In this document: piece after piece, positions 10,342 to 19,721 of the stretch | Layout of the letters: each line of letters opens with the position of its first letter | Position numbering within the stretch: position 1 is the first letter of the stretch | Source of the DNA: Bacteroidota bacterium | Lineage (GTDB): Bacteria > Bacteroidota > Bacteroidia > JAIBAJ01 | DNA length: 64,000 bases | Assembly (NCBI GenBank): GCA_947475205.1 | Contig: CANJNG010000001.1 | Coordinates: 679-64,678, forward strand | Direction of reading: 5' to 3' | The notes under the pieces: generated by a model | Seen by the model: the letters and a program-made list of their open reading frames with translations, nothing else | Told to the model about the DNA's origin: nothing | Databases searched by the model: none | Made by a program: the position numbers and the translations under genes

Positions 10342-10548
10342 ATGCCTATAATTGTAAATCTTGATGTAATGATGGCGAAACGGAAAATGAGCCTTAATGA
10401 GCTATCTGAAAAAGTAGATATTACGCTATCTAATCTTTCCATTCTAAAAACAGGAAAAGCAAAAGCTATTCGTTTTAGTACGCTTGAAGCCCTTTGCAAA
10501 GCCTTAGACAGTCAGCCTTCGGATATTTTGGAATATAGGGAAGAGTGA
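10342..10548 (+). CDS. XRE-family (Cro/C1-type HTH) transcriptional regulator
   Basis: 68 aa. The MSLNELSEKVDITLSNLSILKTGKAKAIRFSTLEALCKAL sequence is a typical HTH_XRE. Confidence 0.85.
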   Translation: MPIIVNLDVMMAKRKMSLNELSEKVDITLSNLSILKTGKAKAIRFSTLEALCKALDSQPSDILEYREE

Positions 10549-10681
10549 TGCTGAAGGACATTATAGGTATGAAGACACGAAGCACCTCGAAACAGTCCCT
10601 ACAATTTATCCTCCAAGAAAGTAACAACAGCTATCTGTTCTATTTTGGAATTGGAAAGTAAGGCTAACTATACCATTGGCA

Positions 10682-11527
10682 TTACACAGCCACACCAAAA
10701 TCCCTCAAAGCGTCATTCAGCGATGTTTTGAGATCGGTAGAAGGTTTGCGTTTCCCAATTATCAAGGCACATGGCACTTGATATGTTCCGGCAGGAAACT
10801 CTTTTGTGTATGAACCGGGGATTACCACCGAGCGTTCCGGCACAAAACTTTTGTAATGAATGGGTTCTTCTTTTGTAACGTCAATTATTTTGGTGGAAGC
10901 AGTTAATACCACATTGGCTCCAAGTACGGCTTCCTTTCCAACCCTCACACCTTCTACCACAATGCAACGCGAACCGATAAAACAACCCTCTTCCACTATC
11001 ACCGGTGATGCCTGAACAGGCTCTAACACGCCACCAATTCCTACCCCTCCACTTAGATGTACGTTTTTTCCAATTTGGGCACAAGACCCTACTGTGGCCC
11101 AAGTGTCCACCATAGTTCCGCTATCTACATAGGCCCCAATATTGGTGTAAGAAGGCATTAATATTACGCCCGGAGCGAGGTAAGCTCCATAGCGAGCCAC
11201 AGCATGAGGCACTACTCTAACACCAAGTTTTGCGTAATCGGTTTTGAGTTGCATTTTGTCGTGAAACTCCATTGGGCCTGCCATCAACGTTTCCATTTTG
11301 CGAATACCAAAATACATCAGAACGGCTTTCTTCACCCATTCATTTACTTGCCAACCATCGGCAATGGGTTCTGCTACACGAAGTGTTCCGGCATCTAAAA
11401 GTGCTATGGCCGCTTCTATTGCTTGGCGGGTTTCGGGTGCTTCGAGAAGGATACGATTATCCCAAGCTTGTTCAATAAGGTTTTTCAATTTTGCTGATAA
11501 TATATTGCTTAGAGGTTTTTCGGTCAA
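10682..11527 (-). CDS. dapD: 2,3,4,5-tetrahydropyridine-2,6-dicarboxylate N-succinyltransferase
   Basis: 281 aa with hexapeptide-repeat (LbH) C-terminal region and a DapD-like N-terminus. Confidence 0.8.
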   Translation of the reverse strand: MTEKPLSNILSAKLKNLIEQAWDNRILLEAPETRQAIEAAIALLDAGTLRVAEPIADGWQVNEWVKKAVLMYFGIRKMETLMAGPMEFHDKMQLKTDYAKLGVRVVPHAVARYGAYLAPGVILMPSYTNIGAYVDSGTMVDTWATVGSCAQIGKNVHLSGGVGIGGVLEPVQASPVIVEEGCFIGSRCIVVEGVRVGKEAVLGANVVLTASTKIIDVTKEEPIHYKSFVPERSVVIPGSYTKEFPAGTYQVPCALIIGKRKPSTDLKTSLNDALRDFGVAV

Positions 11528-11529
11528 TT

Positions 11530-12699
11530 TTAATTCGCCTCAAATTTCTTTAGCGTTGCGTCCAAATCAGTGATGTCATCACCCGCTTTCTTGGCTAATT
11601 CAATAGCTTTTTTCTCCATTTCAATGGCCAAAACTTTGTTGGCTCTCTTCATCAGAATATTTGCATAAGTGTCTAAATTGTATTGATTTTCTTTAATTTC
11701 TACCGAACGTTTTGCCCAACGTTCTATTACAGCTAGTTGTTTATTGTTTGAGCTATTTTCAAAAATTGCCCAACTCACGTTATTTAAAAAATCAGCGTCT
11801 TGCCCTTTGTATCGATCCACTAAGTTTGAGGCTGCTCTGATATACTTTTCATAGTCCTTGCTCACTTCTGCCGATTCTAAATCTATCATAAAGTTTAGCT
11901 CATCTGCCCTTTCAAAGCCCGTGTTTACTATCTTTTCTTTGTAAAGGTCAATTTTTTCAACATTAGCATTTTCTTTGTGTGTAAGGGTGTTGGCTTCAGC
12001 TAAATACACATCATAAATCTTGGTGTTAACGCTATCGGCTGTATATTTTTCGCCAAATGCTTTTCGGGTTTTAACCAAATAGTCGAACACATTTGATTCG
12101 GTGGACGACAGGTAGCGTTTAATCACTTTCCAATTATCGGGCAATATTAAATCGTCTTCCTTTACAGCAGAAAAGTAGGTTTTAAGGGCTTCGTCGGTTG
12201 AAAGGCAACTTTCTGAAAGGGTTTTCAGATAATCTAAATTAAACTCAATAGTGTTTTTGCCTTTTTCAAATTGAGCTTTTCGGGAAGCGAAAGTTTTGGC
12301 AGGAGTTAAGGCTGTTTTACCAAGTTCGATAAACGCTTCCGGTTTGTGAAATCCTGCTGCCTGGTGCACTAATTTTCCTTCGCCATCAATAAATAGCAGG
12401 TTTGGGTAACAGCTTACCTGATACTCCTTGGCCAATTCAATTCCTTCACCTTTCTCCATATCTATCTTTACATTAATAAACTTTTCGTTAAAAAGCTTCA
12501 CAACCTCTGCATCGGCAAACGTATTCTTAGCCATTGCTTTGCACGGGCCGCACCAAGTGGTAAATGCATCCACAAAAATTAGTTTTCGTTTTGATTTGGC
12601 TTTTGCTTTAACCTCTGTCCAGGTTCCGGTTTCAAAGGTTATTTCTTGGGCATTTAGCGTTGAACCCCAAAAGGTTATTAACAGAAAAAGATATTTCAT
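11530..12699 (-). CDS. secreted thioredoxin-fold protein (WCGPC) with a C-terminal helical domain
   Basis: Signal peptide followed by the WCGPCK thioredoxin active site. Confidence 0.75.
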   Translation of the reverse strand: MKYLFLLITFWGSTLNAQEITFETGTWTEVKAKAKSKRKLIFVDAFTTWCGPCKAMAKNTFADAEVVKLFNEKFINVKIDMEKGEGIELAKEYQVSCYPNLLFIDGEGKLVHQAAGFHKPEAFIELGKTALTPAKTFASRKAQFEKGKNTIEFNLDYLKTLSESCLSTDEALKTYFSAVKEDDLILPDNWKVIKRYLSSTESNVFDYLVKTRKAFGEKYTADSVNTKIYDVYLAEANTLTHKENANVEKIDLYKEKIVNTGFERADELNFMIDLESAEVSKDYEKYIRAASNLVDRYKGQDADFLNNVSWAIFENSSNNKQLAVIERWAKRSVEIKENQYNLDTYANILMKRANKVLAIEMEKKAIELAKKAGDDITDLDATLKKFEAN

Positions 12700-12950
12700 T
12701 TTATGAATAAGTATGTTCGTGAGGGAGTAAAATTAGTGCAATATTGCATAGACATTGTTTGGGCAGACTACAATTTTTATTTCTCTTTCGGGTAATTGGT
12801 TAATTAAAGGCAACAATTTGCCTGATGCCGACCATTAGCAATGAAACTCAATTATCGTTGGGGATGAATGCCATTTCGCACAAAATATCTCCTTAAAAAC
12901 CTATCGCTAAACCATTACTTTTGCCACCGAAATTTTAAAACCTTAAACCA

Positions 12951-14090
12951 ATGCTTTTCGAACTTACCGAAGAACAAAAAATGATAAAACAGGCAGCACG
13001 CGATTTTGCCCAAAACGAGTTGTTGCCGGGCGTAATTGAGCGTGACGACAAGATGATATTCGCCAAAGATCAAATTAAGAAGATGGGCGAATTGGGGTTC
13101 TTGGGTTTAATGGTTGACCAAAAATATGGCGGCGCCGGAATGGATACCGTTTCTTATGTGTTGGCGATGGAAGAAATATCGAAAGTGGATAATTCCTGTT
13201 CGGTGTGTATGAGCGTGAACAATTCTTTGGTTTGCTGGGGTTTGGAAACCTACGGAACTGAAGAACAAAAGCAAAAATATTTAGTACCATTGGCCAAAGG
13301 CGAAATAATTGGTGCTTTTTGTCTTAGCGAACCCGAGGCTGGAAGCGATGCCACTTCGCAACGCACCACCGGACAAGACATGGGCGACCATTATCTAGTG
13401 AATGGAACCAAAAACTGGATTACCAACGGGGGCAAAGCATCGGTGTATTTGGTAATGGTGCAAACCAACCCCGAAAAAGGTTCAAAGGGCATCAACTGCC
13501 TAATTGTGGAGAAAGGACAGGAAGGCTTTATTGTGGGTGCTAAAGAAAACAAATTAGGCATTCGCTCTTCCGACACCCACACCCTAATGTTTCAGGATGT
13601 GAAAGTGCCGAAGGCTAATCGTATTGGTGATGACGGTTTCGGATTTACCTTCGCTATGAAAACCCTTGCTGGTGGACGTATCGGTATTGCGGCTCAAGCA
13701 TTGGGAATTGCCGCAGGTGCTTATGAATTAGCATTGGCTTATTCCAAGGAGCGGAAAGCCTTCGGGAAATTGATTAACGAACACCAGGCCATTAGTTTTA
13801 AATTGGCTGATATGGCTACCGAAATTGAAGCAGCCCGCCTGATGGTTTACAAAGCCGCCTGGCACAAAGACCAACATTTAGATTACACCCAAAGCGGAGC
13901 AATGGCCAAGCTTTATGCCTCGTCTGTGGCGATGAAACACACCGTGGAAGCAGTTCAAATTCACGGTGGATATGGTTTTGTGAAAGAATACCATGTGGAA
14001 CGGTTGATGCGTGATGCTAAAATCACTCAGATATATGAAGGCACTAGCGAGGTTCAGAAGATTGTAATTTCGAGAGGGCTTTTGAAATAA
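12951..14090 (+). CDS. acyl-CoA dehydrogenase (short/medium-chain type)
   Basis: 379 aa. Full-length ACAD signature including the C-terminal YEGTSEVQ motif. Confidence 0.9.
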   Translation: MLFELTEEQKMIKQAARDFAQNELLPGVIERDDKMIFAKDQIKKMGELGFLGLMVDQKYGGAGMDTVSYVLAMEEISKVDNSCSVCMSVNNSLVCWGLETYGTEEQKQKYLVPLAKGEIIGAFCLSEPEAGSDATSQRTTGQDMGDHYLVNGTKNWITNGGKASVYLVMVQTNPEKGSKGINCLIVEKGQEGFIVGAKENKLGIRSSDTHTLMFQDVKVPKANRIGDDGFGFTFAMKTLAGGRIGIAAQALGIAAGAYELALAYSKERKAFGKLINEHQAISFKLADMATEIEAARLMVYKAAWHKDQHLDYTQSGAMAKLYASSVAMKHTVEAVQIHGGYGFVKEYHVERLMRDAKITQIYEGTSEVQKIVISRGLLK

Positions 14091-14099
14091 TACTCCCCA

Positions 14100-14148
14100 A
14101 AAACAACAAGCCCCCTGCTTTTCTTAAAAGCAGGGGGCTTGTTGTTTC
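14100..14148. terminator. bidirectional rho-independent terminator between the convergent acd and bcp genes
   Basis: AACAACAAGCCCCCTGCTTTT-CTT-AAAAGCAGGGGGCTTGTTGTT. Long perfect stem with U-rich 3' ends on both strands. Confidence 0.7.
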
Positions 14149-14165
14149 CAGTAATCTATAAAACC

Positions 14166-14627
14166 TTAACCCAATGCAGCTAAGATTTGCTGAGTGTGGT
14201 TGCCTGTTTCCACTTTGGAAAATATTTTTTGAATAGCTCCGGTTTCGTCTATAACAAAAGTGTAGCGGTTCATTCCCATATATTTTCGCCCCATAAACTT
14301 TTTTTCGCCCCAAGTGCCATAAGCATTGGCCACCACTTTGTCCACATCTGAAATAAGGGGAAAAGGAAGTTGGTATTTGGTGATAAACTTTTGGTGCGAT
14401 TTTTCACCATCGGCACTTACCCCGAGCACCGCAAACCCTTTTTCAAGCAAGGCTTCGTAGTTGTCGCGAAGGTTGCACGATTCTGCTGTACAGCCGGGCG
14501 TGTCGTCTTTGGGGTAGAAATATAGAATTAGTTTTTTTTCTGCAAAATCAGACAATTTCACGGTGTTGCCATTTTGGTCTTTTGCTTCAAATTCAGGGGC
14601 TTTTTGCCCTTCGGTTAGTTCTGACAT
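14166..14627 (-). CDS. bcp: thioredoxin-dependent thiol peroxidase (peroxiredoxin Bcp)
   Basis: 153 aa with the PKDDTPGCTAESC active-site motif. Confidence 0.9.
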   Translation of the reverse strand: MSELTEGQKAPEFEAKDQNGNTVKLSDFAEKKLILYFYPKDDTPGCTAESCNLRDNYEALLEKGFAVLGVSADGEKSHQKFITKYQLPFPLISDVDKVVANAYGTWGEKKFMGRKYMGMNRYTFVIDETGAIQKIFSKVETGNHTQQILAALG

Positions 14628-14746
14628 TTTTTTTGAGGTTTAAATTAAGGCCTTTTTAGTGTTAGGGGCAAAAATATACACTGAAAACCATTCAGGGCAG
14701 GGAATGTTTATATTTAGAATTGCCAATCCCAATCTACATTAGTATC

Positions 14747-15307
14747 TCACCCATTAAACTGGTTCATCGTGTGATTTATCCCGATGCTGCAAAAGGCTTT
14801 CACGGCATCAGCGGCTTTAGTTACATGCTCGGTCAATAGTTTCTTTTCATCTGTATTCCATTTTCCTAAGACATATTCCACCTGTCTGCCTTGAGAAAAA
14901 TTGTTACCAACACCAAATCGCAGTCGAGGATAATTTGGTGTCATCAACAGTTCCTGAATACTTTTTAGTCCGTTGTGGCCGCCATCGCTTCCTTTGCCTT
15001 TTATGCGGATTGTGCCAAATGGCAAAGCAATGTCATCGGTAACTACCAAAAGATTTTCCAACGGAATCTTTTCAAAGTTCAACCAATATTGCACGGATTT
15101 TCCACTCAAATTCATATAGGTAGATGGTTTCAGGAGGATAAGCGTGCGGCCTTTTACTTTTATATTGCACACCGAACCCAACCGATCGTTTGCAAACCGC
15201 ACCCCTTCGGTATTGGCTAAATGTTCCAACACGGTAAACCCAATGTTATGACGGGTGTTTTCGTATTCTTCGCCTATGTTGCCCAGACCGGCTATAAGGT
15301 ATTTCAT
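14747..15307 (-). CDS. pth: peptidyl-tRNA hydrolase
   Basis: 186 aa. The MKYLIAGLGNIGEEYENTRHNIGF sequence is the Pth N-terminal signature. Confidence 0.9.
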   Translation of the reverse strand: MKYLIAGLGNIGEEYENTRHNIGFTVLEHLANTEGVRFANDRLGSVCNIKVKGRTLILLKPSTYMNLSGKSVQYWLNFEKIPLENLLVVTDDIALPFGTIRIKGKGSDGGHNGLKSIQELLMTPNYPRLRFGVGNNFSQGRQVEYVLGKWNTDEKKLLTEHVTKAADAVKAFCSIGINHTMNQFNG

Positions 15308-15323
15308 TGTTGGTCGTTTGTAC

Positions 15324-17000
15324 TTACTTATTTATCAACTTCAAAATTGCTTCCCGTTCCGCCACACGGGGTATTTGCTTTGTCAAGGCTGCTTTATACA
15401 TCGTTTGGGCTTTGGCCATTTCTTTGTTCCTAGTATAAAAATCTCCGGCTAACCAATAACTTTGATAGAGTTCGGGGTTAGTAGCAACTAATACTTCGGC
15501 TTCATTTTGAGAAAAATCGCCTCTGCCTCTCAGGTATGATTGCAATTTTAGTTTCAATTGATGAAAAGTCTGATAATCTTTAAATTCCTTAGATACCAAA
15601 AAAGTATCGGCTTCAATAGTAAGGCTATCCACCACGGCATTCGTATAGCTTCCAGTAGCGGGTTTATCAAAGATTTTCTTCAAATCATAACAAATATATT
15701 TACCCAACTGAAAGGGCTGGGTAGAAACCCAAACTAATTGTTGTTGCGGTTTAAAAATTACTGAATGATGACAAAGCAGTTGGTTGATTGCCTTTTCGTT
15801 TCCGTACCCGAAAAAAGCATCATTTAGTCCCTTTTGGCTCCGAAGAATAGCCGCCGTTTGGGTTTCATTTAGTTTAGGCTTTTGCGAAAGCAGTTCATTT
15901 ACCCGTTTAAACCTATAGGCTGATGTGGTGGCATTGGCTTCACTCATATTCAGCGTGTCCGAATTAAATTCAGGACTTTGGTAATGGTTGGAGCACACAA
16001 TTTTATTTTCCTTCGGATAAACAATAGCCGTTCGTTTTGGCGACTTTTCAATAATGGCCGTTTTACCGTCTGCCGCCGAACCTATCATTATGCTTTCGGC
16101 CACAAAAGTTTTTCGTTTTTGAGCAATGGCGAAAGCTTCGTCAATGGTTTGAGCAAATTGCAAAATCTCTCTTGCCAACAAAGAAATGGGTGTAGCCGCA
16201 TAGGTCGGGAAATTGCTTTTAGCGGCATTCAGCGTAACAGTTAGCCCTTTTTCATTCATTCCTGATGTTGCCCCGATAAATCCCCCCCAGGTAACGGTCA
16301 TAAATCCATAGCCCGAATAGGGACGGGTAAACATCACTATTTTGTCTTTGGCAAAATCATCGCCGGTATAAAAATCGAAGTTGCGACCAATTATCAATGA
16401 ACCGTCTTCCGATTTATCGCCCCAAACCGAAAAGGACGTGCAACCCACCACCAATCCCATTTCCTGCAAAGCGTGACCAATATCGTGAGCCGCATGATAG
16501 TTGAGATTTCGTTCGTAGTTGCTACCGATAAAGTTGAATTTGGGGGAGAAGGAGTGCGAAATCCCGAAAATCTCTTCCTGATAATCGAGCCGGACATAAT
16601 TGGGCATATTTCGATTAAACCACACCGTGAAGTATTTCAAAAACTTTAAATAATTTTCGCTGGGAATAAGGTTTTTGATACTGGAAACGAAATATTCTTC
16701 CTGATTTTGAACAAGTTCGGTGGCCAACTTTCCGTTTATTACACCACGTTCAAAGGGTTTACCTTCCACATACATTTCCCATACTCCGCTTGTGTTTTTC
16801 AGCAACCAGTTATTCCCAATCTTGAAATGATTATCTGAAACTACTTCCCGTTTCAAGTTTAGTGACGTTTGATCTTGAACAGCGGGAGGCGAGAATTTAA
16901 CTATAAATTGATAGTATGCTGTAAGAAGCAATATCAACACGAATAAAGGCAGAACAAGCCATTTCAGAAAGCCTTTCAGAAACTTTTTTAACACGGACAA
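15324..17000 (-). CDS. C45-family (acyl-CoA:6-APA acyltransferase-like) peptidase/hydrolase with a C-terminal TPR
   Basis: 558 aa with an N-terminal TM helix. GCTSFSVWGDKSEDGSLIIGRNFDF is the Ntn Cys nucleophile region of peptidase C45. Confidence 0.65.
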   Translation of the reverse strand: MSVLKKFLKGFLKWLVLPLFVLILLLTAYYQFIVKFSPPAVQDQTSLNLKREVVSDNHFKIGNNWLLKNTSGVWEMYVEGKPFERGVINGKLATELVQNQEEYFVSSIKNLIPSENYLKFLKYFTVWFNRNMPNYVRLDYQEEIFGISHSFSPKFNFIGSNYERNLNYHAAHDIGHALQEMGLVVGCTSFSVWGDKSEDGSLIIGRNFDFYTGDDFAKDKIVMFTRPYSGYGFMTVTWGGFIGATSGMNEKGLTVTLNAAKSNFPTYAATPISLLAREILQFAQTIDEAFAIAQKRKTFVAESIMIGSAADGKTAIIEKSPKRTAIVYPKENKIVCSNHYQSPEFNSDTLNMSEANATTSAYRFKRVNELLSQKPKLNETQTAAILRSQKGLNDAFFGYGNEKAINQLLCHHSVIFKPQQQLVWVSTQPFQLGKYICYDLKKIFDKPATGSYTNAVVDSLTIEADTFLVSKEFKDYQTFHQLKLKLQSYLRGRGDFSQNEAEVLVATNPELYQSYWLAGDFYTRNKEMAKAQTMYKAALTKQIPRVAEREAILKLINK

Positions 17001-17027
17001 AAGTAGGTGTTAGCCCAAAATGAGGTT

Positions 17028-17714
17028 CTAAAAAACCAAACCCAATTCTTTGATTTCGGTTTCGGCCTTTTCTTTCAAAATGCCACTGGCCATTTGATAC
17101 TTCAACACTAGTCTGTAACTGGAATAGGTAACCAAAGGGGCAATTAAAATGTCGATAGAGTAATGAACATGTTGAACTGCTAAGCAGCCCATAAGTATAA
17201 TGCTGCATATACCCGTGTAAAGCCTAAAATTGCGGGTAGAGGAAAACAAAAAAGTAATGGTAATTACTGCCGAATGTCCCGAAAAGAACAAATCGCGGCT
17301 GAGGATATTACTATTGGGAATAAGCACATTTACCATTGGGTCCACCATAGGAATATAACCTGCGGGAGGGTCTAATGGAGTTAAATAAATGGCCATACTC
17401 CTGAAAACATACATTAGCAAAAAAGTTTGCACACCAAGCACAAGCAATATAGGTTTATTTGCAAGCTGATATATAGCCATTACGAGGCATGAATATAAAA
17501 TTGTGAATACAATCCAAGATAAGTCAGCTGCAGGTATGATGTTTAGCAATGGGTCCGGAAGCACAATGCCCTGCCGTTTTTCGATATTTAAAATGAAAGA
17601 ACCATAAGTAAATAGAAACAACGTGAGTAAAGCAGTAGTGCCGATAGTTTGGCGGCGAAACTCGGGCATCGAAAGATGCGATTTCCAAATATTGCTTATT
17701 GACGAGGACGACAT
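17028..17714 (-). CDS. PAP2 (phosphatidic acid phosphatase type 2) family membrane protein
   Basis: 228-aa polytopic membrane protein. It carries PAP2 motifs 2 and 3 (SGHS...; HYSIDIL with His/Asp). Confidence 0.65.
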   Translation of the reverse strand: MSSSSISNIWKSHLSMPEFRRQTIGTTALLTLFLFTYGSFILNIEKRQGIVLPDPLLNIIPAADLSWIVFTILYSCLVMAIYQLANKPILLVLGVQTFLLMYVFRSMAIYLTPLDPPAGYIPMVDPMVNVLIPNSNILSRDLFFSGHSAVITITFLFSSTRNFRLYTGICSIILMGCLAVQHVHYSIDILIAPLVTYSSYRLVLKYQMASGILKEKAETEIKELGLVF

Positions 17715-18088
17715 TAAATACTAAACTGGCGGCAAAAGTAAAAAAATCTCGTACTCGAAAGATAACGATATTTCATTGGGGTTTTTACACCACACATGGA
17801 ATAAATCAGGGCCTTCGATTTCTACATCCAATGCCATTAAGTTAAAGAAAATGTCTGAGAAAATAGGCCGTTCATTGCGAGGTACTCGGAAGCAACCTGC
17901 GAAGCTGCTCTTGGATTCCATATAAAAACAAAATACTATTCCAAAATCTCTAACTGCATTTAGGTAGAGATTTTGGATGTAGCAATTGTTATTACCATCC
18001 AAGAGCTAAAGGTTGCTTCGGTGGAATACCACCTACCATTGACGTATTTTGCAAACACATAATTTACAATAAATTAAAAAATCATTTT

Positions 18089-18181
18089 CCTATGTGAACA
18101 TCTATGTGAACTATGTGCCTATGTCGTTCAAAAATATTAAAAACCACATAGAATCATAGAGAACATAGGGTTTCACATAGT
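18089..18181. promoter_or_regulatory. iteron-like dyad: 4 direct CTATGTG repeats plus 4 inverted CACATAG copies flanking an AT-rich spacer
   Basis: Direct CTATGTG/CTATGTC copies sit at 18090, 18102, 18111 and 18119. Inverted (CA)CATAG copies sit at 18145, 18154, 18163 and 18174. Spacing is 8-12 bp around the central TTCAAAAATATTAAAAAC. Confidence 0.45.
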
Positions 18182-18272
18182 TTTCTGTTCTAACGTCATT
18201 ACATATTGCTTTATTTGAAAAATATAGAAACTCGCAAAGACGCAACGTGAACGACGAAGTCCCCACCGAAGG

Positions 18273-18666
18273 TAATTAACGTGAGTTATGGATTAGATAT
18301 AGGAATTATCAGCCTAAATCCAGAGAATCTCCAAATGGCTTTGCCCCCGTAACCGACCACATGGAGCTCTTAGTTTCCTTAATATTCAAAACACTAAAAC
18401 TAAAAACTTCCCAGCAATAGCGGCGGACAAAGCGAAGCGTAAGCAAGTGCGATGTGGGCTTTGCCCGTCCGCGGTTTCCCCTTCGCCCCAAGGCGTTGGG
18501 GAAATTGCCTTGAACCTACCGAAGGGAGCTCACGTTTACGTAAAGTTTCCATGGTTTTTTGCTCACTTTTTGCCAAAACAAAAAGTGAGATAGGAGGAAA
18601 AATGAATTCAAGAAAAAGATAATCAACAAAATACAGGTTTTGCTAATCCATAACTCACGGTAATTA
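18273..18666. mobile_element. MITE-like non-coding element bounded by 24-bp terminal inverted repeats (23/24 identical)
   Basis: Left repeat at 18273-18296 is TAATTAACGTGAGTTATGGATTAG. The right repeat at 18643-18666 reverse-complements to TAATTACCGTGAGTTATGGATTAG. The ~350-bp interior is GC-rich, hairpin-rich and has no credible ORF. No clear target-site duplication was seen. Confidence 0.4.
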
Positions 18667-18708
18667 TGAAAAAATCTAAAGGAATACAGATAATTTCCGA
18701 GTTCTCTG

Positions 18709-18744
18709 AAACAAAAAAGAGTCTCGGTAACCACACCGAGACTC
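18709..18744 (-). terminator. rho-independent terminator of the EEP-family gene
   Basis: On the minus strand, GAGTCTCGGT-GTGGTT-ACCGAGACTC followed by TTTTTTGT. Confidence 0.7.
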
Positions 18745-18845
18745 CCAAACCCAATGAAAAATAAACGATATTTTACTATCGAAGTAGTCTAACTACGTTT
18801 TGAAACAAGGGTTTCAAAAAAATGCGTTTTAGAAATTAATTCCGA

Positions 18846-19721
18846 TTAAAAACGTACTTCGGCCTCAACTGCATAATGGTCGCTAAGGTCTTTGTGTTTT
18901 CTATGCCATGGCGATTCAAAGATGCGAACTCGTCGAATGGTTTCCAGAATAGATTTACCATTGTCACGAATCAAGATATAATCAAGCACTTTTCGATTTT
19001 TGTTATCAGGTTCTAAATCGTTATTCCCATTTATGTCCTTAGTGTAACATATATCGCCGGAAAGCAATCCGTTTTGAGCTTTACAACAGGCTAACATACG
19101 GTTTTGGGCATTGGTGTCTAAATCAGAAAGGTTAAAATCTCCACATAGTAGCTGAGGAACTCCATCCTTTTTGTTGGGAATTACAAGTTTCTCTGACAAT
19201 TCGGCCACTTGGCGAAGCTTTAGTTCTTTATCGCCTGCCGCTTGAATGTGGGTTCCCAAAACTTGTATTTTTTGGCCATTCCAATCGGTTTCTACCATCA
19301 AAGCACCTTTGCGAGCCTGACAATCGGAAAATCCATAGCATTCAGTAAATTTAATGCTGCCTAATTTGGTAATAGGGGTTTTGCTCAAAATCCATACTCC
19401 ACTACTTGTTTTGAATGAGCCCGCAATACGATTGGCAGGACCGATAGCATAAGGATAAATACTTTTCAGGCCCTTCAATATTCGGCGTCTGGCACCGCTG
19501 TGAAAGGCTTCTTGGAAAACAATCATATCATAGCTTTCCTTTGTTAACACCTCGGCTATTTTATTTGCACGCGACATTTTTCCCGTAAACTTAATGAGAG
19601 GAGGAAGCATATAAATGTTCCAGGATAGCACCTTAAACGATTGGTTTAGGTGTACAGAAGGCTGAGAATAGCTATGCTGAAAAAGAATAATAGCAATTAG
19701 GAAGAGGAAGAGGTGTTTCAT
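18846..19721 (-). CDS. secreted endonuclease/exonuclease/phosphatase (EEP) family protein, sphingomyelinase-like
   Basis: 291 aa with a signal peptide. EEP motifs are present (LSWNIY..., VFQEA, GTHI, CGDFN, SDHYAV). Confidence 0.7.
   Translation of the reverse strand: MKHLFLFLIAIILFQHSYSQPSVHLNQSFKVLSWNIYMLPPLIKFTGKMSRANKIAEVLTKESYDMIVFQEAFHSGARRRILKGLKSIYPYAIGPANRIAGSFKTSSGVWILSKTPITKLGSIKFTECYGFSDCQARKGALMVETDWNGQKIQVLGTHIQAAGDKELKLRQVAELSEKLVIPNKKDGVPQLLCGDFNLSDLDTNAQNRMLACCKAQNGLLSGDICYTKDINGNNDLEPDNKNRKVLDYILIRDNGKSILETIRRVRIFESPWHRKHKDLSDHYAVEAEVRF

Noticed and set aside
18003-18845. Short ORFs (60-93 aa) in the long non-coding stretch, and a possible tmRNA/RNase P/6S RNA
   Set aside because: The ORFs have no coding-like composition or conservation signals. 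No tmRNA (tag ORF, CCA-end T-arm), RNase P (GGAAAGTCCGG/ACAGAA) or SRP motifs were found. The region is better explained by the MITE-like element and the iteron array.
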